Source: a virus
Lineage: Duplodnaviria > Caudoviricetes
IMG/VR virus record: IMGVR_UViG_3300005844_000001
Location: 1 to 64,000 of that record
DNA: 64,000 nucleotides
Strand: one strand, 5' to 3'
Shown one piece after another: positions 44,693-54,204 of this stretch; within the stretch, counting starts at the first letter, position 1, and every line of letters begins with the position of its first letter. Below the pieces are notes generated by a model. It had not been told where the DNA came from. It was given only the letters and a program-made list of their open reading frames with translations, and did no database searches. A program made the position numbers and the translations under genes.

Positions 44693-47203
44693 TTATCTCT
44701 TCTGCGCGATATACTCCCTAAAAACTTTGTAGTCATCGGCATTAGTTAAGTTCAAAGCGCCATTCCAATTACTATTCAACAAAGCGGCTTTACCAACAGG
44801 TATCGGCTCTCCCTTTACAAATACTTTCCCGAATCCGAATCCCTTAATCGGGATAACTTCTTCCTTCAACGCGGCCAGCTCACGAATTGATTTGGGGTCT
44901 TTTGACGCGAAGATTCTTTCCAAAGCTGCCGCTGTCTCATCTGATACTGACATCTTGTTCGGTAAATAATTTGCGTCTCTTCTAATGCTCCTTTCCGCCG
45001 CTAACTCACTTTGTGAAATAAACCGAGCTCCAGTATATTTTTTCAATTCCTTCCACTCGAAAGCATCCGGAGTAAACCCGTATCGCGCCCACGCGTAGCC
45101 GCCCACGTCAATATTTGCATTAAGCTCAATTCTTTCCACACCGAGATGGTCCCATATTTTGATTTGATTGCTGGCAAGAGTTTTAGAGATAGACCCTCCC
45201 TGAAGCCCGTCTCCTAGCTTTAGATAAGAATTTTCAACCGTCTTTGTGACGGGGTGGTAATACCGATTGAAGCTTATGCTTATCTTGCCGATTTCTTCCT
45301 CTGTAGCACTTGCCGGAAACATACTTAGCGGCTGGTATCCAGCAAATGACCAACGTTCCCCAGACCGACTTATTTGCAATTCAATCCCGTGCTTCTCTAC
45401 TCCAGCCAGCATAACTTTTTTGAACTTCTCCGGACTCATACTAAAGTCTTTTTGAAACTTCGCTATGTCCTCCGGCGTGCCGAACTGTATTCCTTTAGCT
45501 CCCAAATCCCTTCGTATTATTCCCAACTGGTAATCTGTCTTCCCCTCCGTCACAATCAACTTGTCGGCAGCTTCCGTGAGGTGCCCTACTCCGTAGCGTT
45601 CGAAAGTAGCCGGCGCGGCTTCTTTGACTACTTCTTTCGCTGCGGCAGCTTTAAGCTCGTCCAACGTCTTCAACGCTTCTTTAGTAAACTGCGAACCGTC
45701 CGCCACCAGCTCTACTTTCACTACCCGAGTAGAAATACCATTAATTACTTGCTGAGACTCGCTGACAATCCGCATCCGAGAACCCGGCATCAATACAGCT
45801 TCCGGCAAATCGAATACTTTAGCATGAGTCACTACAGAACCCTTAGGGACGATTACTTCAAACACCACGCCGCGTTCCTCTCCAGACATCGCGTAGATTG
45901 ACGCTCGCTCGGCGGTCAAACCCATGTGACGCACTCCGCTGAAAACTATCTCTTTTTCCTTTTGTTTGAGCACTGCATCCACTCCAGCTTTATCTATCCC
46001 AAAGAAATACTTCACGTCTTCTTCGCTTATAAAACGAGGGTCCGAAATAATCTTCGCCATCTCTTCTATCCCGCGAATTTCAGGAGCTACTCCCCATTCT
46101 TTCATCTTAGCTACGCGAACCGGGTCAGCTAAGTCTCCAAAAGGATTTGTCAAACTACCAGGAAGCCCTCCCCTACTGACTAACTCTAATCCAGCTTCTC
46201 CCTCTTTAATAAAATTAGCCGACGCAAGAAAATCTTCCAAGCTAATCGGACTGGCTTCCAGTTGCGCTGGCTCTTCGGTAACTTTGCTCGCTTCGGCCGG
46301 TATCCACGCGCAGCGGCAATTCGGGTGGAGCGGAATTAGCCCGTGAGCGTCTTCCGCATCGAATACTTTTCCTTCCATACCGGCGCACTCTTCGCATACG
46401 CGGTCGTCTCCGGCAGTCGACCATTCCGCTTTGACTCCGAGCTCAGTTACTCCCAGACGCTCGAAAGCATCGAGCTGCCCCTCGGCGTGGGCGAAGATAG
46501 TCTCGGTGCGAGCAATCAATAGCGCCCGGGTATTCGTCAAGTTGTCGATATTGTCCGCCATCTCTTTGGCAATCTCTGTAGGACCGCTCCCGTCAATCAT
46601 CCCTTGCGACAGGATGCGGTTCATATTGCTCCCCATCTGCGCCGTCACGCCTTTCAAGTCTTCGAAAGAGCGAGTCGCTAGCAGTTCAATCTTCGACCGC
46701 GTTTCGGGCTGGTTGAAAGACTGGCGGAGAAACTCAGCTTGGCTTTGGTCGATATGCTTGGGGTCGGTCGAGTCGAGCGCACTACGGCTGGCGAGATAAG
46801 CGTTGAGCTGCCCTTGCTTGTAAGCGCTCGTAACGTAGGGAGTCATCCACGGCTTGTCGGCCGGCGTGCCTGGAGTCGCAGAAAAGATATCCGCTTTGAC
46901 TTGTTGCGCGAACCATTCCTGGAATGCGCTTATCTTGCCGGCGTCAGTGCGGAATTGAAACTCCCTAGGGCTGGCGTGAGTGACAAAGGGGTTTGTCTTT
47001 TCTCCGAGCCCTAGCGCGTCCTGCTCCGCGATAAACTCCTTGACGTGCGCTTTGAGCTTGCGAAAGCGCCGAGCCATCTCAGCTACGAAGCGCTTCCGGA
47101 CCATCGTAGTCCGCGTAGGGTCTTTCTTGAGCGGATTGGCTCGATTACGGACTAAGCGAGTCCGCAAGTCCAGTTTCGGCGGCTTAGCAAGAGTTAAAAG
47201 CAC
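44693..47203 (-). CDS. MuF (SPP1 gp7-like) minor head protein with ART-like and GNAT-like C-terminal domains
   Basis: RALLIARTE, WSTAGDDRVC, PLHPNCRC at ~aa 300, then ~530 aa extension. Confidence 0.88.
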   Translation of the reverse strand: MLLTLAKPPKLDLRTRLVRNRANPLKKDPTRTTMVRKRFVAEMARRFRKLKAHVKEFIAEQDALGLGEKTNPFVTHASPREFQFRTDAGKISAFQEWFAQQVKADIFSATPGTPADKPWMTPYVTSAYKQGQLNAYLASRSALDSTDPKHIDQSQAEFLRQSFNQPETRSKIELLATRSFEDLKGVTAQMGSNMNRILSQGMIDGSGPTEIAKEMADNIDNLTNTRALLIARTETIFAHAEGQLDAFERLGVTELGVKAEWSTAGDDRVCEECAGMEGKVFDAEDAHGLIPLHPNCRCAWIPAEASKVTEEPAQLEASPISLEDFLASANFIKEGEAGLELVSRGGLPGSLTNPFGDLADPVRVAKMKEWGVAPEIRGIEEMAKIISDPRFISEEDVKYFFGIDKAGVDAVLKQKEKEIVFSGVRHMGLTAERASIYAMSGEERGVVFEVIVPKGSVVTHAKVFDLPEAVLMPGSRMRIVSESQQVINGISTRVVKVELVADGSQFTKEALKTLDELKAAAAKEVVKEAAPATFERYGVGHLTEAADKLIVTEGKTDYQLGIIRRDLGAKGIQFGTPEDIAKFQKDFSMSPEKFKKVMLAGVEKHGIELQISRSGERWSFAGYQPLSMFPASATEEEIGKISISFNRYYHPVTKTVENSYLKLGDGLQGGSISKTLASNQIKIWDHLGVERIELNANIDVGGYAWARYGFTPDAFEWKELKKYTGARFISQSELAAERSIRRDANYLPNKMSVSDETAAALERIFASKDPKSIRELAALKEEVIPIKGFGFGKVFVKGEPIPVGKAALLNSNWNGALNLTNADDYKVFREYIAQKR

Positions 47204-47238
47204 GTAATTTAGCGCAAGGACACGCTTAGGAGCGATGT

Positions 47239-48732
47239 TTAAGCGTCGTTACGAGTAAACGGGGCCGGCTTTGCTGGCGCTCCGTTAGGCCGGCTTCCTG
47301 GCGGCTTCGCTCCAGGCGCCACGATAATCGGAACGGGGTCCGGCTTGCCAGCTTGCTTGAGCGTTCCATCTTCTTCCAGCGTCTGCTCTTCCGACGCGTC
47401 GACCACAGCTTGGGCTTCTTCGTCGCTCATGCCCAGTATCAACGTAAGGTAAAGGAACGGCGGCATCAAAGCGTCGACTCCGCCCTGCACGTATTTCGCC
47501 AGCGCGTTGGTTTGCTTCTCGGTCACATCGGCTTTCTCGGTATCGCTCGGGCTGTTCAAGTCTTTCCAGTCGACGCACAGCGTATTTTCTTCCTTGAGCT
47601 CCGGCAGGATTCCGACGTTGACCAGCCGCTGGATAAACGGGCGCACGATAAACGGGTTCACGTAGTCTTGCCGCCGGCGGTTCAAGCGTCGATTCCAAGT
47701 CCGCGTATCCTGCCCGCTGGCCAACTGAGCTTGCTCGCTCCCAATCAGCACGCGCCACGGGACTCCGAGCGTAGCCGAGATAAGCTTGAGATGGACTTCC
47801 ACGTGCGGACTGGGGTCAGCGATATTGACCGCGAGCGACTTTACTTGCAGCCCCACGGTAGCGATGTAGCGCTGGAGCCCGTTCATATAGTCTTCCATCT
47901 GCTTCTTCGTCGCGGGAATATCGAGCTCAATCTCTTCTCCGTCCTTGCCGGCGTTAGTTTCCAGGCTATAGCCAGGGAAGCCACCTTTCCAAAACATCTC
48001 GCCAGAACCGCCAGCTACTTTCCGCAAGTCGAGCAGGCGATTGAAGACTTTCTCCATGCGAGGCGTTCCATAAATCTCCGAGTTGGTCCGGTTGTCTGCG
48101 ATATGGATAATCCGGCTCCAGTGAACGTCCACCAGCTGCGTCGAAGAAGTCTCGTTAGTAGCCGCTGTATCAGCAAACTGAATTTGATAAGACGTCGGCA
48201 AGCCGTAGCGCGGGTTCGTCGCATCTCCTTGCAACGCTCCGATAGTCACCAGAGACTCGTCGAGCGGGCGCACGTAAAGCAACTCCCGCTCCTGATTGCT
48301 GACTTTGTCTCCAGCTTCGTCTATTCCATCGACTGGTTGACTTAGCGGAAGCCCATCATCTATCCCTAGCAAAATCACTCCGAACCGGCCGATGCCACTT
48401 AAGACGTCGGCCCGTTGGAGATAAGACAGGAGTGACATTCGGCCATTCAACTCTTTCCAAGCTGTCTCAAATTCCGTTTCTTCGGGGTCTTCAGTCTCGT
48501 AAATCTCGGGGTCGTCGCTCCACGTCTCTTCCGGAATTACGCTGACGACTCGCGCTGCCAGGTCGCCGCGCTTCCAGAATTGCACATAGTCAGAAGTAGT
48601 CAGAGAAGCGGGGTAGCCACATTCCTTGTCAAGGTCTTTGCGCGGGTCGAGTAGCTTGGCAAGCCACGCTTGGCGGGAAGTAAAAGTATTGCGAAGTAGT
48701 TGGGCGATATTGAACGTCGGTTTCTTAGCCAT
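47239..48732 (-). CDS. Portal protein (DUF1073-like)
   Basis: 497 aa between terminase and MuF; NPRYGLP, VHWSRIIH, YGTP, GVPWRVLIG. Confidence 0.88.
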   Translation of the reverse strand: MAKKPTFNIAQLLRNTFTSRQAWLAKLLDPRKDLDKECGYPASLTTSDYVQFWKRGDLAARVVSVIPEETWSDDPEIYETEDPEETEFETAWKELNGRMSLLSYLQRADVLSGIGRFGVILLGIDDGLPLSQPVDGIDEAGDKVSNQERELLYVRPLDESLVTIGALQGDATNPRYGLPTSYQIQFADTAATNETSSTQLVDVHWSRIIHIADNRTNSEIYGTPRMEKVFNRLLDLRKVAGGSGEMFWKGGFPGYSLETNAGKDGEEIELDIPATKKQMEDYMNGLQRYIATVGLQVKSLAVNIADPSPHVEVHLKLISATLGVPWRVLIGSEQAQLASGQDTRTWNRRLNRRRQDYVNPFIVRPFIQRLVNVGILPELKEENTLCVDWKDLNSPSDTEKADVTEKQTNALAKYVQGGVDALMPPFLYLTLILGMSDEEAQAVVDASEEQTLEEDGTLKQAGKPDPVPIIVAPGAKPPGSRPNGAPAKPAPFTRNDA

Positions 48733-48751
48733 GGCTGAGAACCCTACTACG

Positions 48752-49114
48752 TCAATTTGAAGTTACAAGCTTTTTAAGAGCTGCCACTTCTTCGGGGTGC
48801 TCGTCCCGCCACTGCTGCCAGCTCTCGTCCGTCAGCTTGAACTTTATCCAGGTAGGGTGGTCCGGTTTGGGAACGAAGAGACAGACTCCTTCTTCGCAAC
48901 ATTCGCAGATAGACTTCCCCGATTCAGTTACGTAAAGATGCCCCGAGCAAAAGTAAAGGCCGCACCCAAACTCCCCGCCGTAGGGCTCGCTCCCGCAGAC
49001 GTGTGATAGCCCGCGGTCTATCTCGACGTTGCAACCGGGGTAGTCGCAGTAGGCCGGAACGCCGTAGCCGATATCCCGCTTCCACTTGCTATCGTATCCG
49101 ATTGACCAGCCCAT
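48752..49114 (-). CDS. Conserved Cys-rich phage hypothetical protein
   Basis: RDIGYGVPAYCD.PGC...IDRGL..VCG...GCGLYFC. Confidence 0.7.
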   Translation of the reverse strand: MGWSIGYDSKWKRDIGYGVPAYCDYPGCNVEIDRGLSHVCGSEPYGGEFGCGLYFCSGHLYVTESGKSICECCEEGVCLFVPKPDHPTWIKFKLTDESWQQWRDEHPEEVAALKKLVTSN

Positions 49115-49642
49115 TTCGTATTCTCTTTTTATACGCCGCCTGCTTGCGCAGATGGTCGAGACACATATCGCTTATCGCAAAGCTTTTATTGTTGCAGAAG
49201 ATACACAGCCCCTTCTCCCGTTGCTTCGCTTGCCAGCGCAGCGTATTAGCGAGCCCTTGTCTCACGGCCGCCAGATTTCAGAGTCGTGGTCTCTATACTC
49301 TCCATCTGGTGGCTGGTCTCCTTCTTCCTGAGCCAGCCATCGCCCAAGCATCCATCCAGCAATACAAGTTACGAGCGCTCCAAGAATTGCTCCGACAATA
49401 AAGCCGGTCATAAAGTTCATTGCTTTACTTTCTCCTCGATGCGTTGGACGCAACGCTCCAGCGACATTTGAATCTCTTCCAGCTCGGCTCGGTTCGGCGT
49501 CGTTCCGTTAGCTAAGAGCCGCATTATATACCTCCGAGCTGGACCTAAATCACCGACTAAGAACGCGGCCAGTCGCGGCGAGCCAAGCTCATCCAGACAC
49601 TTGAGACAACAGTCGCTCAACGCAGTCCCGCAACGCACGCAC

Positions 49643-49906
49643 TTACGTTTCATTATTCCCTTCTATATTTCTAGGGTCGTGCTTCATCCAGTTGCTCTTC
49701 GTCTTCTCTTGATACGTTATCCACTCTTTGAGCGCGGCAATAGCGCTTTCTCGCGTAGAGTTTGAAGCATAATACATCCGGTCGCTTTCTCCAGTAGGGA
49801 ACGCGAACACGACAAAAGTATAGTTCTCCGGCAGCTTGTTTTGCACCAGCTCGCACATCTCCTGAATCCATTGCTGGTCTTTCGGACGAAACTTGTCTTT
49901 GCTCAT
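49643..49906 (-). CDS. Hypothetical protein
   Basis: F..FAF...YYASN..RE motif; one of several small coupled ORFs at 49111-50112. Confidence 0.6.
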   Translation of the reverse strand: MSKDKFRPKDQQWIQEMCELVQNKLPENYTFVVFAFPTGESDRMYYASNSTRESAIAALKEWITYQEKTKSNWMKHDPRNIEGNNET

Positions 49907-50095
49907 TCTGGTCTTACCAAGTGCCAAGCTTCCATCAGCGCGTTAGACAAGTCCGTCGCTCCTAACGTGGTGGAGCTCTTTGTTTTTATCCGGACGACAG
50001 AAAACGAACTTCCGTGGTCCACCAGCTCATAGCCCCACTTCTTCAAGTGGACTTCGTAGCCTTCGTCAGTGGAAGGCTCTACCAGCTTCCGCACC

Positions 50096-50746
50096 TTAGT
50101 TTTCTTTTTCATTTTTCCACCCTTCTATTATCTTCGGGTCCGGCTTAAGAAACAAAGACTGGAACGCTCGGCCGCTCAGCTTCCACCCCTCGGCAATCGG
50201 CTCGTAGACTTCTACAGTCTCTGGAGGAGGGTGCAAATCAGCCCTAACGAAAATCAAATTGCACGGCGTGCGGTAAAGTAGCCCGTATCCCTTGTGCGTT
50301 CCCAAGCCGACCAGAGCGCCGAACGAAGCGCCGAAGTAGTCGTCTCCAGCCCAGCGGTGATAAGGGTCATAGAAAATCGTCTTGTTCCCGGAAAGCGTAG
50401 GGTTGAATTCAATTACTACGATACACGGAGCCCAAAGCAACGCTCGCCAGAGCCAGTAATCATTCCCATCCACATCGATGGACAATACTCCACACGCCAT
50501 CGGCACAACTTGATTGACATTGTCTACAGTAATATTCCGAAGCACTACTGCTAATCCTTTAGGCTCCCAGTCATACTGGAAGCCGGTCCAGCCGGCTTCC
50601 ATAAGTCCCCGAATATTGGACAAGTGGTAGCCGTCGCCAGCGCCGAACTCGACCGCTACGCGCGGAACCACAAAGCCGCTTCGCTCGAGGAGTTTAACAA
50701 TTTCGGCAATCAGCTTCGTCTCTCCGTATTGCGAATAGTCTTTCAT
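50096..50746 (-). CDS. FkbM-related methyltransferase
   Basis: YSQYGE, EFGAGDG..SN, LSIDVDGNDYW, IEFN, GAS, NLIFV. Confidence 0.8.
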   Translation of the reverse strand: MKDYSQYGETKLIAEIVKLLERSGFVVPRVAVEFGAGDGYHLSNIRGLMEAGWTGFQYDWEPKGLAVVLRNITVDNVNQVVPMACGVLSIDVDGNDYWLWRALLWAPCIVVIEFNPTLSGNKTIFYDPYHRWAGDDYFGASFGALVGLGTHKGYGLLYRTPCNLIFVRADLHPPPETVEVYEPIAEGWKLSGRAFQSLFLKPDPKIIEGWKNEKEN

Positions 50747-50861
50747 TGTTTTGGGCGAGTTTACCCGAAAGGGGTAGGCTTTCTTCCATTTGTCGATACT
50801 CGCTGAGATTTACTCGCTACCTCTCAGTTCATCCGGGAGCTACCCGGCACGCTCTTATTAT

Positions 50862-52286
50862 CTACACTCCACCTACTCTAACTTTCTTGCGAGCGAGGCG
50901 ATTGAACGCCCCGCCGCTAGCGTCGACCTGGTCAGTATAGCGAGAGTGCGGAAAGAAACGCAACTCATCCAAATACTCTTTCGTCCACTCCCTATTCAAG
51001 CACTTTACGTTGCCGCCGCCGACTTGCGAAGCGAAGGGATACGCGCGGCTGATTTTGTCTCCAGTAGGATGGTAGGCAAATACGATAAAGCCAGCGAGCA
51101 TCCGGACGGTATTCTCCCCGGACTCTTTGCCGCCAGAGCCGCCCTCTACTTCCAGCGCGATACGCACGTCCTTCCCATCCGTCTGCGCGGTTTGTAGTAT
51201 CATCGCTTCCCGTTGCGTAGCTCCCCACTGCCCGCGCACTACGTCGAGCACCCAATAAACGCTGTGCAGTTCGTCCACCATCATCTTGACTCCGACGCTC
51301 CAGTTGCCACCCTCCTGCGTCCCCGCTTTGTCCCAGCTTCTAATTATCCGCCCGCGCTTGTTCGGCAGCGCGTCCACCAGTTCAATCTTCGATACTTGAA
51401 ACATACCGCCGCCCAATGGCACGGGGTCCTGGAGGATTTGAGCTGCGTAGCCATAAGCGCCCAACTCTTGCTTGAGCTTGTCCAGCACGCCTTGCGGAAG
51501 GCGCACCGGGTCCAGCATCCCATCGATATACCTCTCCCCAAGCTCTAACGGCGATACGTTATCAGTCAACTCTCCCGGCAGGCAGATATGTTTTACCTTG
51601 CCGAGCTTTTGCGAAAGCATTTCCCCGCTGGGGTCTGCTTGATGGAGACGTTGCTGGATGAGGATAGTCGGAGTCACGCGCTTGTCGACTTTGCGCGAGG
51701 GGAGCGTATTGGTCATCCAGCGGTTGACGGACTTCAATTCCGCTTCGCTGAAAGACTCTTCGGGGTTGATAGGGTCGTCGACAATCAGAAAGTGGCCATG
51801 GTATCCAGTTACCAGCCCGCCGACGCCAACAGACAAGCGAAACCCCATCTGCGTATTGGTAAACAGCCCCTTGGTATTCTCGTCCTCGCGCAGCTGGATA
51901 TTGGGGAAGCAACGCTGGTATCGCTCCGACTGGACGATATCCCGAGTCTTGAGCGAGTCTTTCAGCGCGACTTGATGCGCGTAGGAGCCACAAATAAACT
52001 TGGTGCTCGGCATACGCGCCCAGCACCACGCGGGGAACGCTTGCGAGCAGATGGTTGACTTGGACGAGCCGGGAGGGACGTTGATTACTACGTCATATTC
52101 TTTCGGCCATCCAGCGAATACCAGCTCGGCTACCTCCTGCAACTCGTCGCAGAGATACTTGATGTGCCAGTTAGCGACGAGCGGCTCGGCTACGATTAAG
52201 TCCCAAAACTCTAAGAGGAAACGGTAGAAGCTGCGCTTGCAAAGAGCCGCCAGAACCTTCTCTTCACTTACCTGAGTGAGCACCAT
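50862..52286 (-). CDS. terL: Terminase large subunit
   Basis: NVPPGSSKS Walker A, IVDDP Walker B, QQRLH, SWDKA, DQVDA nuclease motifs. Confidence 0.95.
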   Translation of the reverse strand: MVLTQVSEEKVLAALCKRSFYRFLLEFWDLIVAEPLVANWHIKYLCDELQEVAELVFAGWPKEYDVVINVPPGSSKSTICSQAFPAWCWARMPSTKFICGSYAHQVALKDSLKTRDIVQSERYQRCFPNIQLREDENTKGLFTNTQMGFRLSVGVGGLVTGYHGHFLIVDDPINPEESFSEAELKSVNRWMTNTLPSRKVDKRVTPTILIQQRLHQADPSGEMLSQKLGKVKHICLPGELTDNVSPLELGERYIDGMLDPVRLPQGVLDKLKQELGAYGYAAQILQDPVPLGGGMFQVSKIELVDALPNKRGRIIRSWDKAGTQEGGNWSVGVKMMVDELHSVYWVLDVVRGQWGATQREAMILQTAQTDGKDVRIALEVEGGSGGKESGENTVRMLAGFIVFAYHPTGDKISRAYPFASQVGGGNVKCLNREWTKEYLDELRFFPHSRYTDQVDASGGAFNRLARKKVRVGGV

Positions 52287-52743
52287 TCTTTTTTCTTATC
52301 GCTTCCAAGAGCTTTTCGAGAGTCGGGGTATCCAAGTCCAGCGTCTCGATATCAACCCCAGTAGTTGTTATCTTCCCCGAGTGCTCCAGCTGAAGTATTT
52401 CCAAGCCGAGGATACGGTCCATTTGACGTCTGGCGTTCTGCTTGATTATGTATGGAGCTTTCTTGTCGAGGATATTGCCTTCCCACCAGGCGACAGAGTC
52501 TGCACGAAGCTCTTCCTTTGCTCTTTGGATATGGATAAGGAGCCTCTCTCGCGCGCGACTAAGGTAGGTTTCCGCAGTTGCGTGATTGACGTTGAACTTT
52601 TTCTTGACTAATGCCATTATGGTATGCTTCAAGACATGTCCCTGGCGCAAGAGCAGTTCGGTATATTGGATACGCTCCTCCATTTGCGCTTCCGTTGGCT
52701 TCTGGGGTTTGGGATAATATTTCCCTTTGGGTCCGACTGGCAT
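52264..52743 (-). CDS. Terminase small subunit (probable)
   Basis: Overlaps the terL start; HTH-like N-terminus, C-terminal LEHSG. Confidence 0.65.
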   Translation of the reverse strand: MPVGPKGKYYPKPQKPTEAQMEERIQYTELLLRQGHVLKHTIMALVKKKFNVNHATAETYLSRARERLLIHIQRAKEELRADSVAWWEGNILDKKAPYIIKQNARRQMDRILGLEILQLEHSGKITTTGVDIETLDLDTPTLEKLLEAIRKKNGAHSGK

Positions 52744-52747
52744 AAAT

Positions 52748-53152
52748 TTATTTTCGCAAGTTAGTCGTATCCACAAGACTAAGCAAGCTCTTTACAGACT
52801 TACAGTTGAAGTCTTCTCCCATCAAGTCTACATATCCCCGCGCATTCAAACTAAAAGCTATTTCTCGAATCGAACAAAAACCAACTTTGCGTATCGTTGC
52901 TACTACTGGTCGTAATTCGTTTACGTAATCTTCAGTAGCTTTAGCGATTTCTTCCGGAGAAACAATCGGCTCCCATTCTTTCCAGTCTCCAAAAGTTTTA
53001 ATATCTATCAGTATCTTTAGAATACTAACGCACGAGCTGCAAAAGTATTGCGGACGATTCCCGTGCTTGATTGCTACAAATTGAGTCCAGTCATCACTAC
53101 ACATCGTACAGACCCAAGGAGTCTTATTAGTTCTCCCGTATATACTTATCAT
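52748..53152 (-). CDS. Zinc finger plus recombinase-type HTH protein
   Basis: CTMC...CSSC; SIREIAFSLNARG...G..F....V..LL. Confidence 0.55.
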   Translation of the reverse strand: MISIYGRTNKTPWVCTMCSDDWTQFVAIKHGNRPQYFCSSCVSILKILIDIKTFGDWKEWEPIVSPEEIAKATEDYVNELRPVVATIRKVGFCSIREIAFSLNARGYVDLMGEDFNCKSVKSLLSLVDTTNLRK

Positions 53153-54204
53153 ACTTTCTTCACCAGGCGGATAGCAAAGTCGAGCTGCTTGGTAGCATCT
53201 GGTTTCAGTATCAATTTGTTTTTGAATACGTGGTAGTTGACGCAATGCTGCCAGCGGCCGAAGCGCTGGATAATTCTAACATACCGGGGGTGGCGCTTCT
53301 GGAGCGCTTGCGCCATCTTGAGCCGGCCATCGCCTTGATACAGCTCGTCCGTATTGCCTCCTTTCATCGTCATCGTCTGTTGCTTGCCGGCGAGGAAAGC
53401 ATTGAACTGGACCGTGCAAAGTCCGTCGCGAAGGACCCTTAGGGAGAGGTCCGTATCTTCGTTGTATCTACCGCGCCACCGATAGGGCAAATCGTTCTTG
53501 ATAAGGATACAGGAGTAGATACGGGTATTCAAGACATAGGGCGGAATAACTTGCTTGTTCTTGGCAAAGAAGTGGTAGTTCATCCCCGCTAAGCCAACGT
53601 TCTGGTAGCGGTCGGCAAAGTCTTCGACCGCGCGGAAGATAGCGCCGTCAGATACCTTTACTTTGGCATTCTTGTTCCGGCGGAAAAAGTGGCGGATATT
53701 GTCGTCGAGAATCCAGTGGCGCTCCGCCCCGGACTTGATGGCGTGCTCCCATATCCAGTTTCTTGCGGGGATTGACCCCTTGCCGAGATTGGAGAACGGG
53801 AGAACCAGTATCTTGTCGCGGTCGATAACCTTCGCGTATTCCTTGCGTTCCTGCGGCTCCACCACGATATAGTAAGGGACGTGGATTGCTTCCAGGGTCC
53901 GGCTGGTTAGACGAGACTTCCAGCGCCCCTTCGATACGATGTAGACGGGGTATCGGGGGACGACTTGAGACTGGGCTGCGTAGCGCACGCCTTCCACCAC
54001 GTTCCGTTCCCGCTTCGGGTGCCAAACGTATTGCGTCTTCGGAGTCAATCGTTGCCCGATTAGCTTGGCAAACTTCTCCCGGTCCTGCTGGCAGGTAAAG
54101 TGGACTTTGAGCGTCTGCCAAGGCATGAGGTTCTCTTGAGCGTATTTGGGCATCCCTTCCCATTCCCGCTCCCAGTCCAGGGGCATATCGAGCAGCTTAG
54201 GCAT
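53149..54204 (-). CDS. TAGT/GREB1-like DNA glycosyltransferase, paralog 2
   Basis: YIVSKGR, HWILDDNI, RIYSCILI, WRGRYNEDTDL, GGNTDELY. Confidence 0.82.
   Translation of the reverse strand: MPKLLDMPLDWEREWEGMPKYAQENLMPWQTLKVHFTCQQDREKFAKLIGQRLTPKTQYVWHPKRERNVVEGVRYAAQSQVVPRYPVYIVSKGRWKSRLTSRTLEAIHVPYYIVVEPQERKEYAKVIDRDKILVLPFSNLGKGSIPARNWIWEHAIKSGAERHWILDDNIRHFFRRNKNAKVKVSDGAIFRAVEDFADRYQNVGLAGMNYHFFAKNKQVIPPYVLNTRIYSCILIKNDLPYRWRGRYNEDTDLSLRVLRDGLCTVQFNAFLAGKQQTMTMKGGNTDELYQGDGRLKMAQALQKRHPRYVRIIQRFGRWQHCVNYHVFKNKLILKPDATKQLDFAIRLVKKV

Noticed and set aside
47239-48732. Anti-CBASS Acb1 (label often attached to DUF1073 proteins)
   Set aside because: Size and position between terminase and MuF indicate a portal; no paired HxT/S phosphoesterase motifs seen
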